This document shows, piece by piece, positions 9,194 through 17,880 of a DNA stretch of 32,000 nt (the stretch's first letter is position 1; the number at the start of each line of letters is the position of its first letter). The notes below the pieces were generated by a model, which was not told the origin of the DNA, searched no databases, and saw only the letters and a program-made list of their open reading frames with translations. Location: NCBI RefSeq assembly GCF_000341395.1, contig NC_020304.1:660001-692000 (forward strand), given 5' to 3'. The DNA is from Desulfocapsa sulfexigens DSM 10523 (GTDB taxonomy: Bacteria; Desulfobacterota; Desulfobulbia; Desulfobulbales; Desulfocapsaceae). A program made the position numbers and the translations under genes.

Positions 9194-10228
9194 ATGAAAA
9201 TTTGTTTTATTATGTATCCATGGGAACGGGTAACCCCAGAAACAGATACCACGCTCAGACTGATTCATGAGTGCGTCAACAGAGGATATCTGGTCGCCAT
9301 CACGACACCAAATAAGCTGACCATCCGGGAAAGCATTACCAGTGCTTTCTGCAATGTGGCAGTAAAAGGTAAAACCTCACAAAATATCCCCTCGTTTTAC
9401 CGAAATGTGGAGTTTAAAAAACTTCTGCTCCCCCTGGCCGGTTTCGATGCGATCTTTATGCGTGCCAACCCACCGCTGGACACCCTGGCTCTGAACTTTC
9501 TTGACTCTGTACGTGATCACACATTTATCATAAACGATATCGACGGATTGAGAATCGCCAACAATAAAGTCTACACAGCCTCTTTTCAGGAGGAGGCCCA
9601 GGAATATATTCCCAGAACCTTTGTTTCAAAAAATCGAGATTACCTTATACGGATACTGAACGAATCGGAAGACGAACGGATGATCATGAAGCCACTGGAC
9701 GGTTACGGTGGCCGCGGTGTAATCATTCTCGAGAAATCAGCAAAACGCAATGTCTCCTCCCTCCTTGATTTCTATATCGGGGAAGGAGCGGACACCAACT
9801 ATGTGATCCTCCAGGAATATGCCCATGGAGCTGAAGACGGTGACGTGAGGATAATGATGCTCAATGGAGAACCCATAGGAGCAATGCGCCGTATACCGGC
9901 CCAGGATGACATCCGTTCAAACGTACATGCAGGAGGGAGTGTTGTCAAACACACGCTCAGCAACAGGGAAAGGCTGCTGTGCAAGGCGGTGGGGCCGAAA
10001 CTGGTTCGTGACGGTCTTTATTTTGCTGGTCTTGATGTCATTGGTGAAAAACTGATCGAGGTGAATGTACTCAGTCCCGGCGGTGTAGCCAGGATTAACA
10101 AACTCAACCGAACAAAACTTCAACAGAAGGTAATCGACTTTGTGGAGCGTGTTGTCGCAACCAAAGAGATCTCTATCAGTCGCAAACATTCATTTCGCAA
10201 GAGTATTGAAGATGCAGACCTTGTCTGA
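9194..10228 (+). CDS. GshB-like ATP-grasp ligase (glutathione synthetase family)
   Basis: The ORF opens at 9107, but the conserved start looks like MKICFIMYPWE at 9194. ATP-grasp motifs: IMKPLDGYGGRGVI, VILQEY, GDVRIMMLNGEPIGAMRR, GLDVIGEKLIEVNVLSPGG. Confidence 0.85.
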   Translation: MKICFIMYPWERVTPETDTTLRLIHECVNRGYLVAITTPNKLTIRESITSAFCNVAVKGKTSQNIPSFYRNVEFKKLLLPLAGFDAIFMRANPPLDTLALNFLDSVRDHTFIINDIDGLRIANNKVYTASFQEEAQEYIPRTFVSKNRDYLIRILNESEDERMIMKPLDGYGGRGVIILEKSAKRNVSSLLDFYIGEGADTNYVILQEYAHGAEDGDVRIMMLNGEPIGAMRRIPAQDDIRSNVHAGGSVVKHTLSNRERLLCKAVGPKLVRDGLYFAGLDVIGEKLIEVNVLSPGGVARINKLNRTKLQQKVIDFVERVVATKEISISRKHSFRKSIEDADLV

Positions 10229-12203
10229 AAAAGAGATCATTCGCAACATACGGCGTCAGGAACCCTTCGCAGCAGTTATTACCAGCGGAGCCTTCAGTAT
10301 CAGGGTTGATCGTTATACCCCTGCAGTCTGTACCGCCATTCATGCAGGACATGCAGTGCAGGAGGAGCTTCACGACAAACTGCTCCTGAGTGAAACCGAA
10401 AGACGCTATGAGGAAGATCCTTTTACCGGTGACATGCTGGCTTCTCTACCCATCGTCATGGAGGCGCTTGACTCACGTTACCAGTATGATCTGAACAGAT
10501 TGCCAGAGGAAGCCATCTATGATGAAGCCTGGGGTAAAAAGGTCTGGAAAGAGCCCCTCACAGAAAAGGAGAAACAGGCAAGCATTGCCAGGCATGACAG
10601 TTACTACAGGGTGCTTCATAGCCTTTTGACTGTTCTGGAAAAACTGTTTGCCCGCTGCATCATCTATGACCTGCACTCCTACAACCACAAACGCCTGACA
10701 GCTGCTACCCCGCTCTTCAACATAGGCACCCATTTCATAAATATGGATGAGTACCAACCGGTTGTGAATCATTTAAAGGGATTGCTCCTGAAAACAGAAT
10801 TTCCAAATATCGAAAACCGGCTGGCCCTCGATGATGTTTTTTTGGGAAAGGGCTATCAGGCGGCCTTTATCCATGAGCAGCACAACAAGAGCCTCTGTAT
10901 TCCCCTTGAAATCAAAAAAGTCTATATGGATGAGACCACGGGAGAGTCATACCCGCTTATCCTTGAAGCAGTTACTGAAACCCTGAAGCAGGCATTCAGC
11001 TACAATGCAGCCTATTTCAGCAGAAAATTTACCGGAAAAAAAATCCAGCGTGCCCTCTTCTTTGCCGAGGAAAGCAGCCGTGTAGTAAAAAAAGTTGATA
11101 CGGCTCTCTATCGGGTGGCCAAGGGGATTGATACACTGCGTTACATTAATCCTGTAAATCTTAGCCAGGAACGGAAACGTTTTTTTGCTAAACAGTGTAG
11201 TTACACTCCACAATTTCGCTATCGACAACTGAAAATTGACCCCTTTGCTTTTCGCAAGAAGCTTTACGCCATTGGTGTGGATACTATTCAGGATGTCAGC
11301 ATCCGCCAGCTCTATAGGAGCACTATCGACATGCTGGCCCAGAAAGTTGATCTTCTGACCACCATTGGAACAGACAGTTTCCTCTATAACTCTCTGCGGT
11401 TTCACGGAGAACCATCCGAGGCAGATATAGAACTGGCCCGTTTTCTTATTGCCGCCCCCCCTATCGAAAAAGAAAAAAATCCTAAACTGCTGAGCGCCAG
11501 AGAATGTGCAAATGTATTTAAGCGAGCTGAAAACGATTACGGCTTTAGCTTTCAGGTGGAACTGAGTAGTCGCATCGTGGCCAGAGCGATGGTTTCCAGT
11601 GGCCGCCGTAAAGTTATGATCAATCGCAACGCCCAGTTCACAGAAGTTGAGATTCAGGCGCTTATTCACCATGAATTAGGGGTACATATGGTGACCACCA
11701 GCAACGCCAGGCAACAGTATTTGAAAATCTTCAGGATGGGCCTGCCAGGGAACACCGAGACACAGGAGGGTCTGGCACTCCTCAGCGAATATCTGTCAGG
11801 CAACCTGACTCTTGCCCGTTTACAATCACTGGCCCACCGGGTAATGGCGGTGCACATGATGGTCAAAAACTATGATTTCCCAAGAACTTTTAAGGCCCTC
11901 AGCGATGACTACGGTCTCTCCCGGGAGGATGCCTTTAATCTGACGGTACGGGTATATCGTGGAGGGGGATTTACCAAGGATTATCTCTACCTCACAGGTC
12001 TGCGTAAGGCTCTGCAGCTCTATCGCTCCGGAACGGACCTACAACCCATGTTTGTGGGGAAGACTTCCATTGCCTTCCTCGACACCTTAAAAGAAATGCT
12101 TGGCCGGGATGTGGTATCCAACCCCCTGCATCTCCCCAGGGCCTGGCAGATGAAAGTACAGAGCAGTCCGATTCTGGACTATCTGCTAAGTTCTTTTGGA
12201 TAA
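10212..12203 (+). CDS. DUF1704 / QEGLA-motif protein (TIGR02421-like; MATCAP-related metallopeptidase)
   Basis: HHELGVH (HExxxH) at about 11667-11687 and QEGLA at 11763-11777, followed by YLSGNLTLARLQSLAHRVMAV. The ORF opens at 10140; the likely start is 10212, overlapping the preceding ATP-grasp gene. Confidence 0.88.
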   Translation: MQTLSEKEIIRNIRRQEPFAAVITSGAFSIRVDRYTPAVCTAIHAGHAVQEELHDKLLLSETERRYEEDPFTGDMLASLPIVMEALDSRYQYDLNRLPEEAIYDEAWGKKVWKEPLTEKEKQASIARHDSYYRVLHSLLTVLEKLFARCIIYDLHSYNHKRLTAATPLFNIGTHFINMDEYQPVVNHLKGLLLKTEFPNIENRLALDDVFLGKGYQAAFIHEQHNKSLCIPLEIKKVYMDETTGESYPLILEAVTETLKQAFSYNAAYFSRKFTGKKIQRALFFAEESSRVVKKVDTALYRVAKGIDTLRYINPVNLSQERKRFFAKQCSYTPQFRYRQLKIDPFAFRKKLYAIGVDTIQDVSIRQLYRSTIDMLAQKVDLLTTIGTDSFLYNSLRFHGEPSEADIELARFLIAAPPIEKEKNPKLLSARECANVFKRAENDYGFSFQVELSSRIVARAMVSSGRRKVMINRNAQFTEVEIQALIHHELGVHMVTTSNARQQYLKIFRMGLPGNTETQEGLALLSEYLSGNLTLARLQSLAHRVMAVHMMVKNYDFPRTFKALSDDYGLSREDAFNLTVRVYRGGGFTKDYLYLTGLRKALQLYRSGTDLQPMFVGKTSIAFLDTLKEMLGRDVVSNPLHLPRAWQMKVQSSPILDYLLSSFG

Positions 12204-12216
12204 GGAGATGATGTAT

Positions 12217-13074
12217 ATGAAATTTGCGGATATGCCCGATCAATATAGAGACTATGCTTCCTCAAAGGTGGTGATTCTGCCCATACCCTACGATGGTACT
12301 TCAACCTGGATGAAGGGTGCTGATCGCGGGCCGCAGGCCATATTGGATGCCTCCTTTCATCTGGAACTATACGATATAGAAACTGGAACGGAGGTATACC
12401 GTCATGGTATCTGTACTCTGGATCCAGTTTCCTGTCCAAAGGATCCAGGAGAAATGGTTGCAGAACTTCGGCAGCATGCCCTGCCCCTCTTCCGCGACAA
12501 CAAACTTGTGGTGGGGCTTGGCGGAGAGCATTCCATCACTGTCGGCCTGCTCCAGGCGGCACAGGCCCGCTATCCGAATTTGAGTGTCCTCCAGCTTGAT
12601 GCCCATACGGATCTGCGTGACAGTTATATGGGAAGCCCCTATAACCATGCCTGCGTTATGGCTAGAGCCAATGAAATCTGCCCGGTTGTACAGGTGGGAA
12701 TCCGCAGCATGGATATTGAGGAGATGGACAGTATCGAGCCAGACCGCCTGGTGCTTGCCCATGACCTGCATCGACACGGCATCAATGCTGCAACCAATGC
12801 TCTGGATCAGCTCACTGACACAGTTTATCTCACCATTGACCTTGATGTCCTTGATCCTTCCTGTATGCCATCCACCGGAACTCCGGAGCCAGGAGGAATT
12901 GACTGGTACATGCTGAACCAGATTATCCAGTACGTGGCCAGTGAAAAGAAAATAGTAGGCATGGATGTCGTAGAACTATTACCTCGCAAACATAATCAGG
13001 CCCCAGATTTCCTTGCTGCCAAACTTATTTACCGCTCTCTGAGTATGATCCTCACTGATTCTCTGAACCCATAG
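12217..13074 (+). CDS. speB: Agmatinase
   Basis: Ureohydrolase motifs: GGEHSIT, QLDAHTDLRDSY, YLTIDLDVLDPSCMPSTGTPEPGG. AAGGAG at 12202-12207 supports the start at 12217 (the ORF opens at 12196). Confidence 0.9.
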   Translation: MKFADMPDQYRDYASSKVVILPIPYDGTSTWMKGADRGPQAILDASFHLELYDIETGTEVYRHGICTLDPVSCPKDPGEMVAELRQHALPLFRDNKLVVGLGGEHSITVGLLQAAQARYPNLSVLQLDAHTDLRDSYMGSPYNHACVMARANEICPVVQVGIRSMDIEEMDSIEPDRLVLAHDLHRHGINAATNALDQLTDTVYLTIDLDVLDPSCMPSTGTPEPGGIDWYMLNQIIQYVASEKKIVGMDVVELLPRKHNQAPDFLAAKLIYRSLSMILTDSLNP

Positions 13075-13080
13075 GCCAAA

Positions 13081-13160
13081 AACTGGCAGAACCTCGAAAA
13101 ACAAGAACATCCAGTTCCGTTTTTTTTAGTATTACAGAACTGAGAGTTCCTTTTTTTTTG
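13081..13160 (+). terminator. Candidate Rho-independent terminator region after agmatinase
   Basis: AACTGG...CCAGTT followed by 8 T, and GAACT-gag-AGTTC-C followed by 9 T. Stems are short. Confidence 0.35.
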
Positions 13161-13333
13161 AGTTGCCCCGTGTTATCCTGCCATAAAACAACCCTGCCAA
13201 AGTAATTTTCTGCAAAAACTCCCAAAAGCAGGTAAACATGATTAAGGATAAACAATGGCATGCTGTTTGCTATGCGCAGAACGTACGGGAAAGGGGGGAA
13301 ATCAACCGGTACTTTCAATTTTAAGGTAACAGG

Positions 13334-13516
13334 ATGGGTAAAAAAAGATGTATGAGCTGTGGCGGTGATATTCGAATTTATTACGATCATGAGATTGGCG
13401 ATGAAGTATTCTGCGAAGAATGTGAACGGGAATACAGAATCTGTTCTTTACGCCCGGTTCATCTGGAACCTCTGGAAACAGGCAACGACTATCATTTTGA
13501 AGAAGATGATTATTAA
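13334..13516 (+). CDS. 60-aa zinc-ribbon protein resembling LysW-type amino-group carrier proteins, with acidic C-terminal tail ending in Tyr
   Basis: MGKKRCMSCGGDIRIYYDHEIGDEVFCEECEREYRICSLRPVHLEPLETGNDYHFEEDDY*. Two CxxC pairs (CMSC, CEEC), size and layout similar to LysW. AAGG ribosome-binding site at about 13323; speA starts 42 nt downstream. Confidence 0.7.
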   Translation: MGKKRCMSCGGDIRIYYDHEIGDEVFCEECEREYRICSLRPVHLEPLETGNDYHFEEDDY

Positions 13517-13558
13517 CAGATATCAGCTCCCTGGAACAGAAGGGACTCGGAACATTTA

Positions 13559-15478
13559 ATGCGTAACACACAACACCAACCGTCTCAACAGAGAAGCTGT
13601 ACTCCCTATAATGTCGAATCCTGGGGCAACGGCTATTTTACTGCCAACGAGAAAGGGCACCTCTGCGTCCTTCCTGAAAAAAAGGAAATCGGTCCCAGAA
13701 TCGACTTTATGGAGGTCATCAAAGAGATACAGGAACAGGGAATTCCTTTTCCCACCGTTATACGCTTCCATGACATCCTTCGGGCTCAGGTTCAGCTCCT
13801 CAATATCACCTTTGCTAATACAATTACAGAGCATGGTTACCAGGGAAGATTTTATGGAGTGTATCCCATAAAGGTCAATCAGATGCGGGAGGTTGTTGAG
13901 GAAATCATTGATGCGGGCGGTCCCTTTGACCACGGTCTGGAGGCTGGATCAAAATCAGAGCTCCTGGCCTGTCTCGCCTATAATGACAACAGTAATTCTC
14001 TCACCATCTTAAACGGCTACAAGGACGAGGATTATATCCGACTCGCCCTGCTCGGCCGCAAGCTTGGACGAAAGATCATCATTGTTGTTGAAAGTTTTTC
14101 TGAGTTTGAGATGATTATTCGCCTTTCCAAGGAGATGCAGGCTGACCCGCTCATTGGGATCCGAACCAAGCTTTCAGTCAAAGGACGGGGACGCTGGGCC
14201 GGATCCAGCGGTGACCGTGCCAAATTCGGTCTCACCTGCAGCGAAATCGTTGAAGGAGTAGAGCTTCTGCAGCGAAACGGCATGACCAACTGTCTCAAAC
14301 TCCTCCACTTTCATGTGGGCAGCCAGATCCCCGATATTCGCATCGTAAAAGAGGCAGTCACCGAGGCAGGACGCATCTATGCCAACCTTGCCCAGAGTGG
14401 GATCATAATCGACTATTTTGATGTGGGTGGCGGACTCGGTATTGATTATGATGGCAGCAAATCAACGGGCGACTCTTCACGAAACTATACCCTGGCAGAA
14501 TACTCTGCAGATATTGTCAGCGGCCTGCAGCAGATCTGTGACGAGATGAATGTTCCCCACCCCCATATTGTCAGTGAAAGTGGCCGGTATATCACAGCCC
14601 ATCACTCCTGTGTTGTCACCAATGTGATTAACACCATCCATCAGGCCAGCAATCCGTGCAAAACAACCGTTAAAGAAGATGAACATGTCCTTCTTGGTAA
14701 TATGCGGGAATCAGCAGAGCACCTCAAGCTTGAGAACTGTCAGGAAATTTTCAATGACATTCAACAGATTAAAGAGGATACCATTGCCGCCTTCCGCCTC
14801 GGAGTCATCTGCCTGGTGGAACGGGCCAAAATAGAAACTCTCTACTGGCTGATTATTAACCGCATTGACACTATGCTTGCTGATCTCGATTTCATCCCCG
14901 AGGAAATGCAGCAGATAAAAGAACTCAAGGCCAGTCAGTACCTCTGCAACTTCTCCGTGTTCCAGTCTGCGGCTGACACCTGGGCCATCAGCCAGATCCT
15001 GCCCATTATGCCGCTGCTTCGCCTCGATGAAGAACCCAGTGAACGCTGCTCCCTTGCCGACATCACCTGTGATTCAGATGGAAAAATTACCCGCTTTATT
15101 GCCAAAGACGGGTATGATCAGAGTCTGCTCCTTCATACCCTGCAGCCAGACGAGGATTACTTTATCGGTCTTTTTCTCACCGGGGCCTATCAGGATGTTA
15201 TGGGTGATATGCATAACCTCTTTGGCCGCCTTAACGAGGTACATATCTACTGCGACGACGACGATCCCAACGACTTTTACATTGAAGAGGTGATCAGAGG
15301 AACATCGTCCCAGCAGGTTCTTGCCACCATGCAGTACAGCCCTGAAATCATGGCCAGATCTATCAAGACACAGATAGATCTGCAGATTAAACAGGGAACA
15401 GTGCTTCCACGGGAAGGTGTTGGCCTGATTGATTTTTACGAAAGCTGTCTCCAGGGTTACACATACCTGAATATTTAA
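13559..15478 (+). CDS. speA: Biosynthetic arginine decarboxylase
   Basis: 639 aa PLP enzyme with YGVYPIKVNQMREVVEEI, GLEAGSKSEL, LHFHVGSQIPD, VGGGLGIDYDG and SESGRYITAHHS. Confidence 0.95.
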   Translation: MRNTQHQPSQQRSCTPYNVESWGNGYFTANEKGHLCVLPEKKEIGPRIDFMEVIKEIQEQGIPFPTVIRFHDILRAQVQLLNITFANTITEHGYQGRFYGVYPIKVNQMREVVEEIIDAGGPFDHGLEAGSKSELLACLAYNDNSNSLTILNGYKDEDYIRLALLGRKLGRKIIIVVESFSEFEMIIRLSKEMQADPLIGIRTKLSVKGRGRWAGSSGDRAKFGLTCSEIVEGVELLQRNGMTNCLKLLHFHVGSQIPDIRIVKEAVTEAGRIYANLAQSGIIIDYFDVGGGLGIDYDGSKSTGDSSRNYTLAEYSADIVSGLQQICDEMNVPHPHIVSESGRYITAHHSCVVTNVINTIHQASNPCKTTVKEDEHVLLGNMRESAEHLKLENCQEIFNDIQQIKEDTIAAFRLGVICLVERAKIETLYWLIINRIDTMLADLDFIPEEMQQIKELKASQYLCNFSVFQSAADTWAISQILPIMPLLRLDEEPSERCSLADITCDSDGKITRFIAKDGYDQSLLLHTLQPDEDYFIGLFLTGAYQDVMGDMHNLFGRLNEVHIYCDDDDPNDFYIEEVIRGTSSQQVLATMQYSPEIMARSIKTQIDLQIKQGTVLPREGVGLIDFYESCLQGYTYLNI

Positions 15479-15497
15479 TAATTAAAGGATATTACTT

Positions 15498-16676
15498 ATG
15501 TCACGAGTACTTATTATCGGGGCCGGCGGAGTCGGTTCGGTTGTTGTCCACAAATGCTGCCAGGTGCCTGAGATATTCTCTGAAATCATGCTGGCTTCCC
15601 GTACCAGAGAAAAGTGCGACGCCATCGCGGCCCAGCTGCCCATAGCCATCCAGACCGCCAGGGTAGATGCGGATCAGGTAGAAGAGCTGGTAGCCCTGAT
15701 GCAGAGCTTCAAACCGGATTTATGTATAAATGTTGCTCTCCCCTACCAGGATCTTACCATCATGGATGCCTGCCTGGAGTGTGGTGTCAATTACCTTGAT
15801 ACGGCCAACTACGAACCACGCGATGAAGCAAAATTCGAATATCACTGGCAGTGGGCCTACCAGGAGCGTTTCAAGGAGGCTGGACTCATGGCTCTGCTTG
15901 GTTCCGGATTTGATCCCGGTGTCACCAATGTATTTACCGCCTGGGCCCTGAAAACCCAGTTTGATGAAATCCGGGAACTTGACATCATTGACTGTAATGC
16001 CGGAGATCATGGCCAGCCCTTCGCTACCAATTTTAATCCCGAGATCAATATCCGTGAGGTCACAGCCCCGGCCCGGCACTGGGAAGATGAGCAATGGGTG
16101 GAAACTCCTGCCCTGTCAACGAGCAAAGATTTTGACTTTCCCGAAGGGATCGGTCCGCGGAAGATCTACCTAATGTACCACGAAGAACTGGAGTCCCTGA
16201 CCAGACATATTCCCGGTCTGGAAAAAGCACGTTTCTGGATGACCTTTTCCGACAACTACCTCCGTCATCTTGAAGTGCTTCAGAACATTGGAATGACCAG
16301 TATAGAACCCGTGGAATACAATGGACAGCAGATCATCCCTCTGCAATTTCTGAAAGCACTCCTGCCCGATCCCGGCTCTCTTGGCCCCCTCACCCATGGA
16401 CGCACCTGCATAGGCTGTCTGATCAAAGGAATAAAGGATGGACGGGAAAAGGAGTACTATGTCTACAACATCTGCGACCATCAGCAGTGCTATGAAGAGG
16501 TTGGAGCACAGGCTGTTTCCTATACCACCGGCGTCCCGGCCATGATTGGGGCCATGCTTATGCTCAGCGGAGTCTGGAGCGGACACGGGGTTTTTAACAT
16601 GGAACAACTCGACCCTGCACCTTTTATGGAGAAGTTGAACCTGCATGGTCTGCCATGGAAAGAAGTTATCTCCTGA
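15498..16676 (+). CDS. Carboxynorspermidine/carboxyspermidine dehydrogenase (saccharopine dehydrogenase-like)
   Basis: 392 aa, Rossmann N-terminus VLIIGAGGVGSVVVHKC, GSGFDPGVTNVFTAW. Lies immediately upstream of nspC. Confidence 0.88.
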   Translation: MSRVLIIGAGGVGSVVVHKCCQVPEIFSEIMLASRTREKCDAIAAQLPIAIQTARVDADQVEELVALMQSFKPDLCINVALPYQDLTIMDACLECGVNYLDTANYEPRDEAKFEYHWQWAYQERFKEAGLMALLGSGFDPGVTNVFTAWALKTQFDEIRELDIIDCNAGDHGQPFATNFNPEINIREVTAPARHWEDEQWVETPALSTSKDFDFPEGIGPRKIYLMYHEELESLTRHIPGLEKARFWMTFSDNYLRHLEVLQNIGMTSIEPVEYNGQQIIPLQFLKALLPDPGSLGPLTHGRTCIGCLIKGIKDGREKEYYVYNICDHQQCYEEVGAQAVSYTTGVPAMIGAMLMLSGVWSGHGVFNMEQLDPAPFMEKLNLHGLPWKEVIS

Positions 16677-17812
16677 ATTTCGACCCGGAGCAGGTGAATA
16701 CCCCCTGCTTTGTGGTCGATGAATCGGCACTCCTTCGCAATCTCAAAATCCTGGATGAGGTGCAGCAGCAAACAGAGTGCCGGATCCTCCTGGCTCTTAA
16801 GGGATTTGCCATGCCCGGCGTTTTCCCTCTTGTTCGTAAATATCTGCACGGGGTCTGTGCCAGTTCTCCCCACGAAGCAAGACTTGGAAGAGAGGATTTT
16901 CAGCGGGAAGTACACAGTCACGGTCCTGCCTTCAGCGACAGGGATCTGACCGAGCATCTGCTCTACTGTGATCATCTGGTCTTTAACAGCTTTCAGCAGT
17001 GGCACCGTTTCCAGAAACAGGTCAGGGAATGTCCGAGAGATATCTCCTGCGGTCTGCGGGTTAACCCCGCTCACTCCGAAACTGCGGTCGCCCTGTATGA
17101 TCCCTGCCGCCCTGGCTCCCGCCTCGGTATTTTGCGGGAACAGTTTAGTGGAAAGGATCTTACTGGAATCAGTGGTCTCCACCTCCACACTCTCTGTGAA
17201 AAGGGAGCAGACGCACTGGCTCGAACGGCAGAGGTCTTTGAAGAGCAATTCGGGGAATTTTTACCTCGCATGCAGTGGCTCAATCTGGGAGGCGGTCATC
17301 TTATCACGGCTCCTGGCTATGACACTGGTCTCCTTTGTGAAGTCATCAACCATTTCCGCTCCCGCCATGATCTGACCATTTATCTGGAACCAGGTGAGGC
17401 CATAGCCATCAACACCGGAGCACTTATCACTACTGTCCTTGATATAATTGACAATGATGGTCCCATAGCTATCCTTGACACCTCGGTCTCCTGTCATATG
17501 CCAGATGTCCTGGAAATGCCCTACCGGCCTGATATCAGGGGGGCCTCCCTGCCCGATACTCTGGCCCACAACTACCGTTTGGGAGGAGTCTCCTGTCTGG
17601 CTGGAGATATGCTTGGAGATTACTCCTTTGCTGCCCCATTGCAGGTTGGTGACCGCCTTATCATCGAAGACATGAGCCACTACACCATGGTCAAGACCAA
17701 CACCTTTAACGGAGTTCGCCTGCCGGATATCGCACTGTACAGGCCAGAAAGGAAGGCAGTAGAGACCCTCCGCAGCTTTACTTATGAAGACTACCGGAAT
17801 CGTCTTGGGTAA
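16655..17812 (+). CDS. nspC: Carboxynorspermidine/carboxyspermidine decarboxylase
   Basis: Alanine racemase-fold PLP decarboxylase: TPCFVVDESALLRNL, LLALKGFAM, GLRVNPAHSE, GISGLHLHTLCE, LNLGGGH, YLEPGEAIAINTG. Overlaps the upstream gene. Confidence 0.9.
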   Translation: MERSYLLNFDPEQVNTPCFVVDESALLRNLKILDEVQQQTECRILLALKGFAMPGVFPLVRKYLHGVCASSPHEARLGREDFQREVHSHGPAFSDRDLTEHLLYCDHLVFNSFQQWHRFQKQVRECPRDISCGLRVNPAHSETAVALYDPCRPGSRLGILREQFSGKDLTGISGLHLHTLCEKGADALARTAEVFEEQFGEFLPRMQWLNLGGGHLITAPGYDTGLLCEVINHFRSRHDLTIYLEPGEAIAINTGALITTVLDIIDNDGPIAILDTSVSCHMPDVLEMPYRPDIRGASLPDTLAHNYRLGGVSCLAGDMLGDYSFAAPLQVGDRLIIEDMSHYTMVKTNTFNGVRLPDIALYRPERKAVETLRSFTYEDYRNRLG

Positions 17813-17880
17813 AATTTAAGAAAGCAGAAACCGTATTTTGACAGAATAGCAGCAACCGTCTCATTGAGGATAACACACAA

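Noticed and set aside
10947-11672. 241-aa antisense ORF within DUF1704
   Set aside because: Completely overlaps a conserved metallopeptidase CDS. No domain signature.
13302-13571. Antisense ORFs over the zinc-ribbon gene (13302..13571 -, 13052..13390 -) and the 13359..13559 + frame
   Set aside because: The + strand 13334..13516 frame has paired CxxC motifs and an upstream AAGG; the alternatives have no motif.
16170-17248. 186-aa and 242-aa antisense ORFs over CANSDH/nspC
   Set aside because: Shadow ORFs opposite well-supported enzymes.
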